A stretch of 64,000 nt of DNA, taken from contig NZ_JBALUY010000002.1 in assembly GCF_036963605.1 (NCBI RefSeq), forward strand, positions 961 through 64,960. The letters are read 5' to 3'. This document shows positions 53,844 through 62,758 of this stretch, one piece after another. The translations under genes were made by a program, and so were the position numbers. This DNA comes from Phenylobacterium sp. GTDB taxonomy: Bacteria; Pseudomonadota; Alphaproteobacteria; Caulobacterales; Caulobacteraceae. The notes under the pieces are model-generated. The model did no database searches, had not been told where the DNA came from, and worked only from the letters and a program-made list of their open reading frames with translations. Positions within the stretch are counted from its first letter, which is position 1. The number at the start of each line of letters is the position of its first letter.

Positions 53844-54860
53844 CTAGAACTCCAGGACGATCTTGCCGAAGTGCTCGCCGCCGGCCATGGCGGCGAAGGC
53901 CGCCTTGGCCTCGGTCCAGGGAAAGACCTTATCCACGACGGGCGAGATCTTGTGCAGTTCGATGGCCTTGCACATGGCCTCGAACATGTCGCGGGAGCCG
54001 ACGAAGACGCCCTGCATCCGCGCCGCATTGCCGATCAGCACCGCCGGATTGATGCCAGCGCCGCCCTGGGCGACCACGCCGATGATGGCGATATGGCCGC
54101 CGATGCGCACAGCCTTCAGGCTCTGGTCGATGGTGCCCTGGCCGCCCACCTCCATGATGAAGTCGGCGCCGACACCGCCGGTCGCCTCCCGCACGGGCTT
54201 GGACCATTCCGGCGTCTGGCGATAGTTCACCAGGTGGTCGGCGCCCATCTCCCTTGCGCGGGCCAGCTTCTCGTCCGAGGACGAGGTGATCAGGGCGCGC
54301 AGGCCCGCGGCCTTGGCGAACTGCAGGCCGAAGATCGACACGCCGCCCGTGCCCTGCAGCACCACCGTGTCGCCGGGCGACAGGTCGCCATCCTCGAACA
54401 TGGCCCGCCAGGCGGTGAGCGCCGCACACGGCAGGGTCGCCACCTGCTGATCGGTGAGGAAGTCCGGAACCTTGGACACCCCCTCCTGGCTGAACACCGC
54501 CAGTTCGCGGCCGGCGCCGGGGATGGGCGAGCCCAGGGCCGTCATCGCCTTTTCCAGGGTCGGCGGTCCCGATATCCACCCCTGGAAGAACATGGTCGCG
54601 ACGCGGTCGCCCACCTTCACCCGGGTGACGCCTTCGCCCACCGCCTCGATCACCCCGCAGCCATCGGAGAACGGCGTCAGGGCGTCGGCCTTGGCCGAGC
54701 CGCGGCCATACATGCCGTTGATCATCATCAGGTCGCGATAGTTCAGTGACACGGCCTTCATCCGGACCAGGACCTCGCCATGGCCCGGCGTCGGCTCAGG
54801 CGCCTCGATGATGGTCAGATGGTCCGGCCCCCACGGGGCGGCGGCTTGCAGGGCGCGCAT
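53844..54860 (-). CDS. NAD(P)H-dependent MDR-family oxidoreductase (quinone reductase / alcohol dehydrogenase-like)
   Basis: GEVLVRMKAVSLNYRD and the Rossmann motif VVLQGTGGVSIFGLQFAK. ATG at 54860. The track ORF is over-extended. Confidence 0.85.
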   Translation of the reverse strand: MRALQAAAPWGPDHLTIIEAPEPTPGHGEVLVRMKAVSLNYRDLMMINGMYGRGSAKADALTPFSDGCGVIEAVGEGVTRVKVGDRVATMFFQGWISGPPTLEKAMTALGSPIPGAGRELAVFSQEGVSKVPDFLTDQQVATLPCAALTAWRAMFEDGDLSPGDTVVLQGTGGVSIFGLQFAKAAGLRALITSSSDEKLARAREMGADHLVNYRQTPEWSKPVREATGGVGADFIMEVGGQGTIDQSLKAVRIGGHIAIIGVVAQGGAGINPAVLIGNAARMQGVFVGSRDMFEAMCKAIELHKISPVVDKVFPWTEAKAAFAAMAGGEHFGKIVLEF

Positions 54861-54939
54861 CGTTTTCAAACTCCTGTGTTTTCCCCAGTCTCGCCCCCCG
54901 ACGTTGGGGCATTCAAGGCTGCTTGGGCTATAAGGGGGC

Positions 54940-55572
54940 ATGACCTCCCCTCGCCTGCTGCTCTGCGGCTTCGGCAGCTTTCCCGAAGCCCCGCTCAATC
55001 CGTCCGCCGCCGTCATCGCCACCCTGGCCCGCGAGGCCTGGACGCCGCCCGGCGCGGAAGTCGATTACCTGACCCTGCCGGTCCAATGGCAGGGGGCGGC
55101 CGAAACCATCCTGCGCCAGTTGCAGAGCACTCCCGCCGACGGCGTACTGGTGGTCGGCGTGGCGGTGGAGGCCGAGACGTTCCGCGTCGAGACCCTGGGC
55201 CGCAACTGCGCCAGCCGTGATCGCCCCGACCAGGCCGGCCGGGTCTGGGGCTCGCCCCTCGTGGCCGAGGCTGGCGAGGACGTGATTGCGGCCACCGCGC
55301 CGTGTCAGGCCATGGCCTCGGCCCTGGAGACCGAAGGCCTGCCGGTCGCCCTGTCGGAGGACGCCGGCGACTATCTCTGCAACTTCACCCTCTACCGGCT
55401 GCTGCACGCCAAGGCCGCGCCCCGCGTCGGCTTCCTGCACGTGCCCCAGGCCCGGGAGTGCGCTGAGACCGCCGCCTTCGACCTCGCCCAGATCCGCCAG
55501 GCGGTCACGGCGGCCGCGGGCGCCTTCTGCGCCGAGCTCACCCGTCCAGTCGCCGAACCCCATACAGCCTGA
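54940..55572 (+). CDS. pcp: pyroglutamyl-peptidase I (peptidase C15)
   Basis: LLLCGFGSF, Cys nucleophile in GDYLCN, His in GFLHVP. Confidence 0.8.
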   Translation: MTSPRLLLCGFGSFPEAPLNPSAAVIATLAREAWTPPGAEVDYLTLPVQWQGAAETILRQLQSTPADGVLVVGVAVEAETFRVETLGRNCASRDRPDQAGRVWGSPLVAEAGEDVIAATAPCQAMASALETEGLPVALSEDAGDYLCNFTLYRLLHAKAAPRVGFLHVPQARECAETAAFDLAQIRQAVTAAAGAFCAELTRPVAEPHTA

Positions 55573-56701
55573 GCGCCCCGGCCAAGCCGAGGGCCGACAT
55601 GGCGGCCATGGCGAAATAGCCATAGGCGCCCACCGCGTCGTAGAGCGCGCCCGAACCGATGGTGGCCAGGCCGATCAGCAGGCCGCCGGAAAAGGCCGAG
55701 TTCACTGTCTGGGCCGCCGAGGCGTTGCCCGGCAGCGACAGCCGCTCCACCAGTTGCAGCGAGGCCATGAAGGTGGCCGCGAAGGACAGCGCGTGCAGGG
55801 CCTGGATGGGAAACAGCAGCCACAGCGGCGGCGACAGGGCCAAGGTCCCCCAGCGCACCACCGCGGCCACGCCGCCGATCACCAGCAGCCGCCGCGGCCC
55901 CACCGCACGGCGCCACGGCTCCATGAACCAGAGGAAGCCGATCTCGATGGCGACCCCGAACCCCCAGAGGATTCCGGTCAGGCTTTCGGGAATGCCCTGC
56001 GCCTTCCAGACCAGGGCTGAGAAGCCGTAATAGAAGGCGTGGGCCGACTGGATCAGCCCGACCGACACCACCGCCAGCATGAAGCCGCCATCAGTCAGCA
56101 GGCCCTTCAACCCGGCCATCCGCTCGGCGAAGGGCGCCCGCCCGCCCCCTTCGCGCACGGGGTCGGGCGGCAGCAGAAACCGCGCCCCCACCGCCGTCAG
56201 CACCGCCGCAGCAATGATCCAGGCGAGCACCAGGTCGGCCGGTCCCTGAACCAGCAGCACCCCCATGGTCACATTGGCCAGGATGAAGGCCGCCGAGCCG
56301 ATCCCCCGCGGCCAGCCATAGTTGAAGCCGTCCCGCCTGGCCCTGGCCAGCACGATCACATCGGTGAGCGGCGAGATGGTCGACAGGGCCGAGGCGGCCA
56401 CGAACCAGACGGCGAACCACCACCAGAAGCCGAACGGCGCGGTCAGCAGGACATAGGCGCAGGCGGCCACCGCGCCCATGATCATCAGCGGCGTGCGACG
56501 CAGGGCGAAACTGTCAGCCCACACCCCGATGGCCGGGGCGGTGATCATCCGGGCCATCATCGGCGCCGACAGGATCAGGCCGATCTCGGCGCCCGAGAGG
56601 CCATGCCGGGCGAACCAGACGGGAATATAGGGCGCGCTGGCGCCCAGCCCCACGAAGATGGCCGAATAGAACAGGCCCAGGCGCACGGGCAGCGACGGCA
56701 T
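55538..56701 (-). CDS. MFS transporter (MFS_1_like / HcaT-LacY-like)
   Basis: 12-TM-like protein. N-terminus RLGLFYSAIFVGLGASAPYIPVWFARHGLSGAEIG. Confidence 0.8.
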   Translation of the reverse strand: MPSLPVRLGLFYSAIFVGLGASAPYIPVWFARHGLSGAEIGLILSAPMMARMITAPAIGVWADSFALRRTPLMIMGAVAACAYVLLTAPFGFWWWFAVWFVAASALSTISPLTDVIVLARARRDGFNYGWPRGIGSAAFILANVTMGVLLVQGPADLVLAWIIAAAVLTAVGARFLLPPDPVREGGGRAPFAERMAGLKGLLTDGGFMLAVVSVGLIQSAHAFYYGFSALVWKAQGIPESLTGILWGFGVAIEIGFLWFMEPWRRAVGPRRLLVIGGVAAVVRWGTLALSPPLWLLFPIQALHALSFAATFMASLQLVERLSLPGNASAAQTVNSAFSGGLLIGLATIGSGALYDAVGAYGYFAMAAMSALGLAGALRLYGVRRLDG

Positions 56702-56745
56702 GGCGGAGCCTGCGGAAAGAGGAGCCTGACCGCTCTAGCCCGAGT

Positions 56746-57780
56746 CTAGCGCGACCGGTAGCTGACCGGCCAATACTCCGACGTCACCCCCTGGCAGTCA
56801 GGCATCAGGGTCTGGTGGGCCAGGGCGAAGGCCTTGCCGGTCCAGACCCAGCTGGTCAGGGCGCCGCAGTCGCCCAGGCCGCGACCCTTGTCGAAATTGG
56901 TCAGGGTCTGGGTTTCAGCGTCGAAGTCGATGTTCATCAGCTCGGCCGTACGCTCCCCATCCGCATAGGGGACCTGCAGGGCCTTTACGTCGCCGCCGAT
57001 CTCATCGGTGAGGAAGAGGCTGTAGATGACGTTGTAGGCGCCGCGGCTGCAGACCACGCCCCAGAAGAGCTTGCCCGGCGCAAGGCGGGCGACCTGCGGG
57101 TCGAGGCCCAGATCGGTGATGTCCTCGTCGCAGGCGCCCAGCCGGGCCTGAAGGGCGGCCGACGGCTCGGACGGCAGGTCATGCTGGGCGATGCGCGCCG
57201 CCGGCGTCACCTGCGGCAAGGCCGGCGGCGCGGGCACGCTGGAGGCTGGCGCGGCCCCGCGGGCGACAAGGGCCGTGGTGGTCCCGGCCCGCTTCTGCCG
57301 GTCGTCCATGAAGCGCAGGGCCGCCGAAGAACCCGTCAGCGAGATGGTGGTCGCCGGGTTGCGGCCCTCCTTGAGGGTCAGGGCAGAGCCATTGGCCAGC
57401 ACCGCCAGCAGGGCCGCGCTCTGCTCCGGCGTCAGCTCCGTCAGCCGCCGCTCGGGATCATCCTGCATGGGCGTCGCGGGCACGGCGGCCAGGCCCCTGG
57501 GCGTCACCCCATCCACCGCCAGGGCGAGGCTGGTGGCGGCCATGCCGGCGGTGACCAGGTCGATGACCGGCGCATCGGCAGGGCCTGCGCCGCGGCTCAC
57601 GCGCAGAAAGCCCGAACTGCCGACCTCCCCCAGCTCGCCAAAACCGAAGGCCGTGCAGACGCGGGCGTTGTCGCAGACCACGCTCCAGGCGCCGAAGCTG
57701 CCGCTGTCGGCCAGGGCCGCCCCGCCGCTTCCGCCCAGGGCGAGGGCCGCTACTCCGGCGGCGATTGTCCGCAAGCCCAT
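56746..57780 (-). CDS. secreted DUF1176-like protein
   Basis: Signal peptide, then FGAWSVVCDNARVCTAFGF and the C-terminal GDCGALTSWVWTGKAF, as recalled for DUF1176. Confidence 0.6.
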   Translation of the reverse strand: MGLRTIAAGVAALALGGSGGAALADSGSFGAWSVVCDNARVCTAFGFGELGEVGSSGFLRVSRGAGPADAPVIDLVTAGMAATSLALAVDGVTPRGLAAVPATPMQDDPERRLTELTPEQSAALLAVLANGSALTLKEGRNPATTISLTGSSAALRFMDDRQKRAGTTTALVARGAAPASSVPAPPALPQVTPAARIAQHDLPSEPSAALQARLGACDEDITDLGLDPQVARLAPGKLFWGVVCSRGAYNVIYSLFLTDEIGGDVKALQVPYADGERTAELMNIDFDAETQTLTNFDKGRGLGDCGALTSWVWTGKAFALAHQTLMPDCQGVTSEYWPVSYRSR

Positions 57781-57881
57781 GGTCGATCTCCTGGCATAGC
57801 CGTACGATTCGCCTGAAGGTTGGCGCCGGATGATCGGGGCGTCACGCTATGATGACGCCGTGGGTAACGCAGGAGCATGCG

Positions 57882-58256
57882 ATGGGTGTCGAACGCATCT
57901 GGCTGGGTCTGGCCGCCCTCGGGGGCCTGCTGGCCGTGGCCATCGGCGCGTTCGGCGCACATGGGGTTGCCGATCCGCAGGCCAAGGCCTGGATGGACAC
58001 CGGCGCCACCTATCTGATGCTGCATTGCCTGGCGGTGTTCGCCGCGGCGTTCGTCGCCACCCGCGGGTCTCGGCTCGCCCGGGCCGCGCCGCCGGTGTTC
58101 CTGGCCGGCGGGCTGATCTTCTGCGGGACGCTGTTCGCCATGGCCATGGGCGCCCCGCGCATCCTCGGCGCCGTGACGCCCATCGGCGGCCTGCTGTTCA
58201 TGGGCGGATGGGTGGTGCTGGCCATCGCAGCCATGGCCAGGCCGACCGCCAGCTAG
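57882..58256 (+). CDS. DUF423 (YgdD/TMEM256-like) membrane protein
   Basis: LGLAALGGLLAVAIGAFGAHG...TGATYLMLH. AGGAG lies 6 nt upstream of the ATG at 57882. Confidence 0.8.
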   Translation: MGVERIWLGLAALGGLLAVAIGAFGAHGVADPQAKAWMDTGATYLMLHCLAVFAAAFVATRGSRLARAAPPVFLAGGLIFCGTLFAMAMGAPRILGAVTPIGGLLFMGGWVVLAIAAMARPTAS

Positions 58257-59467
58257 ATTCTCGCCTCGCGCGGCAGGGCCATGAACCGCAGCACCAGGGC
58301 TGAACCCGCCAGGGCCAGCGCCATGGTCACCGCCATCGGCGCGGGCGTGCCGTCATAGGCCAGGCCCGTCAGGCTGGCGGCCACCGCGCCCACCCCGAAC
58401 GAGGCGCCGCCCATCAGAGCCGAGACCGACCCCGACCGGCTGGGATCGACGCTCAGCGCGCCGGCCATGGTGTTGCCCTGGATGAAGCCATAGGTCGACA
58501 GGATCAGGAACAGCAGCGGCAGCACGGTCCAACGCTCGCCAAACCCGGTCACCGCCGCCAGGGCCAGCAATGCGCCAAAGCCCACCGCAATCAGGCTGGC
58601 CCGGGCCAGGACCTGGTCGGGACCAGCATATTTCAGCAGGTAGCGGTTGGCCTGGCTGGCGCCGATGACGCCGGCGGCGTTCAGCCCGAACACCCAGCCG
58701 AAATTGGCCGAGGAGATGCCATAGACCTCGATCAGCAGCACCGGCGAGGCGGCGATATAGGTGAAGAGCGTCGCCCCGTTCAGCGCGCCGGCCAGGGCGT
58801 AGCCCACCAGCCGTGGCTGGCGCAGCAGGGCGCGAAAGGCGGCAAAGGGGTTCTCGGCGCGGGCCTGGACGGCGGTGGCCTCCGACCGGCTCTCTTCCAG
58901 GCGCAACAGGGCGAAGGCCCCGACCACCAGGGCGAAGACCACCAGCACCCAGAAGATGGCTCGCCAGCCCGCCACCTGCAGGACCAGCCCGCCCAGCAGA
59001 GGCGCCACGATCGGCGCAATGCCCATGATCAGCATCAGCAGCGACAGCATCCGGGCCGTCTCGGTGTGGTCGAAGCGGTCGCGCACGATGGCCCGGGCCA
59101 CCACACCGCCGGCGCAGCCGCCCAGGGCCTGCACGAAGCGGGCGGCGATCAGCATTTCCGGCGAGGTCGAAAGCGCGCAGACCACGGTGGCCGCCAGATA
59201 GACCGCGATCCCCGCCAGGATCGGCCCGCGCCGTCCGAACCGGTCCGACGCCGGCCCATAGATGAACTGCCCGATGGCCATGCCGGCGAAAAACGCCGCC
59301 ACCGTGGTCTGGGTCTGGGCGGCGCTCGCCCCCAGCGACTGGCCGATGGCCGGCAGGCTGGGCAGGTACATGTCGATGGACATGGGCGCGAAGGCCGTGA
59401 GCGCGCCCAACAGGATCACGAGCCCCCAGGGCGTGGGGACCGGGGCGGCGGCTTGGACTTTGGTCAT
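58253..59467 (-). CDS. Bcr/CflA-family multidrug efflux MFS transporter
   Basis: FAPMSIDMYLPSLPAIGQSLGAS...GPASDRFGRRGPIL is the Bcr/CflA signature region. Confidence 0.88.
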   Translation of the reverse strand: MTKVQAAAPVPTPWGLVILLGALTAFAPMSIDMYLPSLPAIGQSLGASAAQTQTTVAAFFAGMAIGQFIYGPASDRFGRRGPILAGIAVYLAATVVCALSTSPEMLIAARFVQALGGCAGGVVARAIVRDRFDHTETARMLSLLMLIMGIAPIVAPLLGGLVLQVAGWRAIFWVLVVFALVVGAFALLRLEESRSEATAVQARAENPFAAFRALLRQPRLVGYALAGALNGATLFTYIAASPVLLIEVYGISSANFGWVFGLNAAGVIGASQANRYLLKYAGPDQVLARASLIAVGFGALLALAAVTGFGERWTVLPLLFLILSTYGFIQGNTMAGALSVDPSRSGSVSALMGGASFGVGAVAASLTGLAYDGTPAPMAVTMALALAGSALVLRFMALPREARI

Positions 59468-59570
59468 GCCCCTATCTAAGCGATGGCGCCCACAGGGGAA
59501 GCCCTGGCCTTGCCTTCCCCCGGGTTATCGGCCCACTTTTCGCGAAATCACGATCGCCCTGGAGCCCACC

Positions 59571-60566
59571 ATGTCCCCCGCCCTGCCGCCGGCCCTGAAG
59601 ACCCTGATGCCGCCTGTGCAGACCGCGCAGGTGAACGGGATCGAGATGGCCTATTACGAAGCCGGCCCCAAGGACGGCCCGGCCATCGTGCTGTGCCACG
59701 GCTTTCCGGAGACCGCCTTTTCCTGGCGCAACCAGATCCCGGCGCTGGCGGCGGCGGGCTACCGCGTCATCGCGCCGGACCAGCGGGGCTATGGCCTGAC
59801 CCGCGGCCCTGAGGCCGTGGCCGACTATGACATGGCGCATCTGACCGGCGACCTGGTGGGCCTGCTCGATCACCTGGGCCTCGAAAAGGCGGTGTTCTGC
59901 GGCCATGACTGGGGCGGCTTCGTGGTCTGGCAGATGCCGCTGACGCACCCCGACCGCTGCGCCGGAGTCATCGGCCTCAACACCCCGTTCCTGCCCCGCT
60001 ATCCGGCCGAGCCCATCTCGCTCTTCCGCCAGATCTATGGGCCGGACATGTACATCGTCTGGTTCCAGACCCCTGAGGAACCCGACCGCGTCCTGGCCGA
60101 CGACGTGGCCAAGACCATGGCCTTCTTCATGCGCAAGCCCGCCGCCCTGCGTGAGGCTGGCGAGAAGAAAGAAGGCGGGTCGAGCTTCGCCTTCGCCCAG
60201 GCCCTGGCGGCCTATGACCCGGCGACGGACGCCAACCAGTTCCTGAGCGCCGAGGAGATGGCCGTTTTTGTCGCCCTGTTCGAGCACAGCGGCTTCACCG
60301 GCGGCATCAACTGGTATCGCAACTTCACCCGCAACTGGGAGAACGGCGCTGACCTGCCCACGCGTATCGACCACATCCCCTGCCTGATGATCATGGCCGA
60401 GAAGGATGCGGTCCTTCCCCCCTCCATGGCCGACAAGATGGGCGATCATGTTTCGGACCTGGAGAAGGTCCTGGTGACCGACTCCGGGCATTGGACGCAG
60501 CAGGAGCAGCCGGACGCGGTAAACGGGCACATCATCGACTGGATGCGGCGGCGTTTCCCGGCGTAA
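59571..60566 (+). CDS. alpha/beta hydrolase, epoxide hydrolase-like
   Basis: VLCHGFPETAFSWRNQIPALAAAGYRVIAPDQRGYG, nucleophile GHDWGG, C-terminal GHWTQQE. GGAG upstream of the ATG at 59571. Confidence 0.85.
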   Translation: MSPALPPALKTLMPPVQTAQVNGIEMAYYEAGPKDGPAIVLCHGFPETAFSWRNQIPALAAAGYRVIAPDQRGYGLTRGPEAVADYDMAHLTGDLVGLLDHLGLEKAVFCGHDWGGFVVWQMPLTHPDRCAGVIGLNTPFLPRYPAEPISLFRQIYGPDMYIVWFQTPEEPDRVLADDVAKTMAFFMRKPAALREAGEKKEGGSSFAFAQALAAYDPATDANQFLSAEEMAVFVALFEHSGFTGGINWYRNFTRNWENGADLPTRIDHIPCLMIMAEKDAVLPPSMADKMGDHVSDLEKVLVTDSGHWTQQEQPDAVNGHIIDWMRRRFPA

Positions 60567-60574
60567 ATAGCCGG

Positions 60575-61570
60575 ATGGATCGCCCCTCCCCCACATCCTC
60601 CGTCTCCGCCTATGGCCAGCGCCGCGGGCTTTATCCGGAAAACGAGCCCTTCGCCCATGGCTGGCTCGGCACCGAGAGCGAGCACGAAGTCTACTACGAG
60701 GAGTGTGGCGCCCCCGACGGCAAGCCCTGCGTGATCCTGCATGGCGGCCCTGGCGGGGCGATCAACCCGACCATGCGGCGGTTCTTCGATCCGGCCAAGT
60801 GGCGCATGGCCCTGTTCGACCAGCGGGGTTGCGGCCGCTCGCATCCCAATGCGCGGCTGGAGCACAACACCACCTGGACCCTGATCGCCGACATCGAGCG
60901 GCTGCGGGTCAAGCTGGGCGTGGAGAAGTGGACCGTGTTCGGCGGCTCGTGGGGCTCGACCCTGGCGCTGGCCTACGCCATCACCCATCCAGACCGGGTC
61001 GAGGGCCTGGTCCTGCGCGGGGTCTTCCTGCTGACGCAGCGCGAACTGGGCTGGTTCTACCAGAACGGCGCTTCGATGCTGTTTCCCGACGCCTGGGAGC
61101 GCTTTTTGGCTCCCATCCCCGAGGATGAGCGCGGCGACCTGATGGGCGCCTATCACCGCCGCCTGGTCCATGCCGACCGCCGGGTGCAGTCCGAGGCCGC
61201 CACCGCCTGGAGCCAGTGGGAGGGAGACACCATCTCCATCCGCGGCCCGGAAGCCCGGCCATCCAAGTTCAACGAGGTGGACTTCGCCATCGCCTTTGCG
61301 CGGATCGAATGCCACTTCTTCGTCAACAAGGGCTTCTTCCCGGAAGACGACTGGATCCTGAAGAATGTCGACAAGATCCGCGGCATTCCGGGCTGGATCG
61401 TCCAGGGCCGGTTCGACGTGGTGACGCCGATGGACGCCGCCTGGCGGCTCAGCCGCGCCTGGCCCGAGGCGAGGCTCGACGTGGTCTGGGACGCCGGCCA
61501 CGCCTCCACCGAGCCGGGTGTGGTCGACGCCCTGGTGCGGGCCACCGACGAGGCGCTGGTCGGACGCTAG
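60575..61570 (+). CDS. pip: prolyl aminopeptidase (proline iminopeptidase)
   Basis: LHGGPGGA, FDQRGCGRS, GGSWGSTLALAYA, ECHFFVN and DAGHAS are classic Pip motifs. Confidence 0.93.
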   Translation: MDRPSPTSSVSAYGQRRGLYPENEPFAHGWLGTESEHEVYYEECGAPDGKPCVILHGGPGGAINPTMRRFFDPAKWRMALFDQRGCGRSHPNARLEHNTTWTLIADIERLRVKLGVEKWTVFGGSWGSTLALAYAITHPDRVEGLVLRGVFLLTQRELGWFYQNGASMLFPDAWERFLAPIPEDERGDLMGAYHRRLVHADRRVQSEAATAWSQWEGDTISIRGPEARPSKFNEVDFAIAFARIECHFFVNKGFFPEDDWILKNVDKIRGIPGWIVQGRFDVVTPMDAAWRLSRAWPEARLDVVWDAGHASTEPGVVDALVRATDEALVGR

Positions 61571-61581
61571 ACGCGGTCAAC

Positions 61582-61621
61582 CTTCAGACGAAGGCGCCCT
61601 TCTTCAGACGAAGGCGCCCTT
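61582..61621. repeat. perfect 20-bp tandem duplication spanning the rodA stop codon
   Basis: CTTCAGACGAAGGCGCCCTT occurs at 61582-61601 and again at 61602-61621. The second copy contains the rodA stop codon and last codons. Confidence 0.9.
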
Positions 61622-62758
61622 GCCGCTGGTGACCTCGGTGTAGCGGTGCACCCGCACCGATTGGACCAAGCCAAAGCCGATCATCACGGTCAGCATGACG
61701 GTGCCGCCGTAGGAGAGCAGCGGCATGGGCACGCCCACCACTGGCGCCAGGCCCATGACCATGGCCCCGTTGATCAGCACATAGAGGGTGAAGGTCGCCG
61801 TCACCCCCGAGGCGGCCAGCCGACCGAAGTGGCTGTGGGCCAGGGCGGCTGTTCGCAGCGCCATGAAGATCACCGCGGCGAAGATGGCCAGCACAGAGGC
61901 GCAGCCCAGGAAGCCGAACTCCTCGGCCAGGGTGGCGAAAATGAAGTCGGTGTGCTTCTCAGGCAGGAAGTTGAGCTGGCTCTGCGAGCCCAACCCATAC
62001 CCCTTGCCGAAGAACCCGCCAGAGCCCAGGGCGATCTTCGACTGCAGGATGTGATAGCCCGAGCCGGAGGGGTCGCTCTCGGGGTTGAGGAAGGTGAGCA
62101 CCCGCTTGCGCTGATAGTCGTGCATCACGAACATCACCATCGGCGGCACTGCCACGATGAAGGCCAGGGCCGCGGTGGCGATGATCCGCCAGGACAACCC
62201 CGCCAGCACCACGATGGCGCCGCCGGTCATGGCGATCAGCATGGCGGTGCCAAGGTCGGGCTGATGGGCCACCAGCAGCACCGGCGCGCCGATCATGAAG
62301 GCGGGGATCAGCAGCCACCAGGACAGGCGGGCGTTCTCCGCCGAGACGCCGTGATAAAAGCGGGCCAGGGCCAGGACGATGCCGACCTTCATCACCTCGG
62401 ACGGCTGGAAGCTCATGAAGCCCAGGTCCAGCCAGCGGGTGGCGCCCATGCGGGTGTCGCCGAACAGCTCCACCGCCACCAGCAAGGCCAGGCCAAGGCC
62501 ATAGATCGGATAGGCCAGCGCAAACCAGACGCGGATGTCGAACAGGGCGAGCGCGATCATCAGGATCAGGCAGAAGCCGAAGCGGAACAGGTGCGCCCCG
62601 GCCCAAGGCTCCCAAGAGCTCCCGGCCACCGAGAACATCATCAGCGAGCCGGCGCCGGCCAGCAGGCACAGGGCGACGACAAAGGTCCAGTCGATCTGGG
62701 TGAACTTGACGACCAGGCGGTCGCGCTCACCCGGCCGGGTCAGGGCGCTGACGGTCAT
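61604..62758 (-). CDS. rodA: peptidoglycan glycosyltransferase RodA (SEDS family)
   Basis: FtsW/RodA/SpoVE motifs (QPSEVMKV, PEKHTDFIF, GVPMPLLSYGGT). Overlaps the mrdA stop. Confidence 0.93.
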   Translation of the reverse strand: MTVSALTRPGERDRLVVKFTQIDWTFVVALCLLAGAGSLMMFSVAGSSWEPWAGAHLFRFGFCLILMIALALFDIRVWFALAYPIYGLGLALLVAVELFGDTRMGATRWLDLGFMSFQPSEVMKVGIVLALARFYHGVSAENARLSWWLLIPAFMIGAPVLLVAHQPDLGTAMLIAMTGGAIVVLAGLSWRIIATAALAFIVAVPPMVMFVMHDYQRKRVLTFLNPESDPSGSGYHILQSKIALGSGGFFGKGYGLGSQSQLNFLPEKHTDFIFATLAEEFGFLGCASVLAIFAAVIFMALRTAALAHSHFGRLAASGVTATFTLYVLINGAMVMGLAPVVGVPMPLLSYGGTVMLTVMIGFGLVQSVRVHRYTEVTSGKGAFV

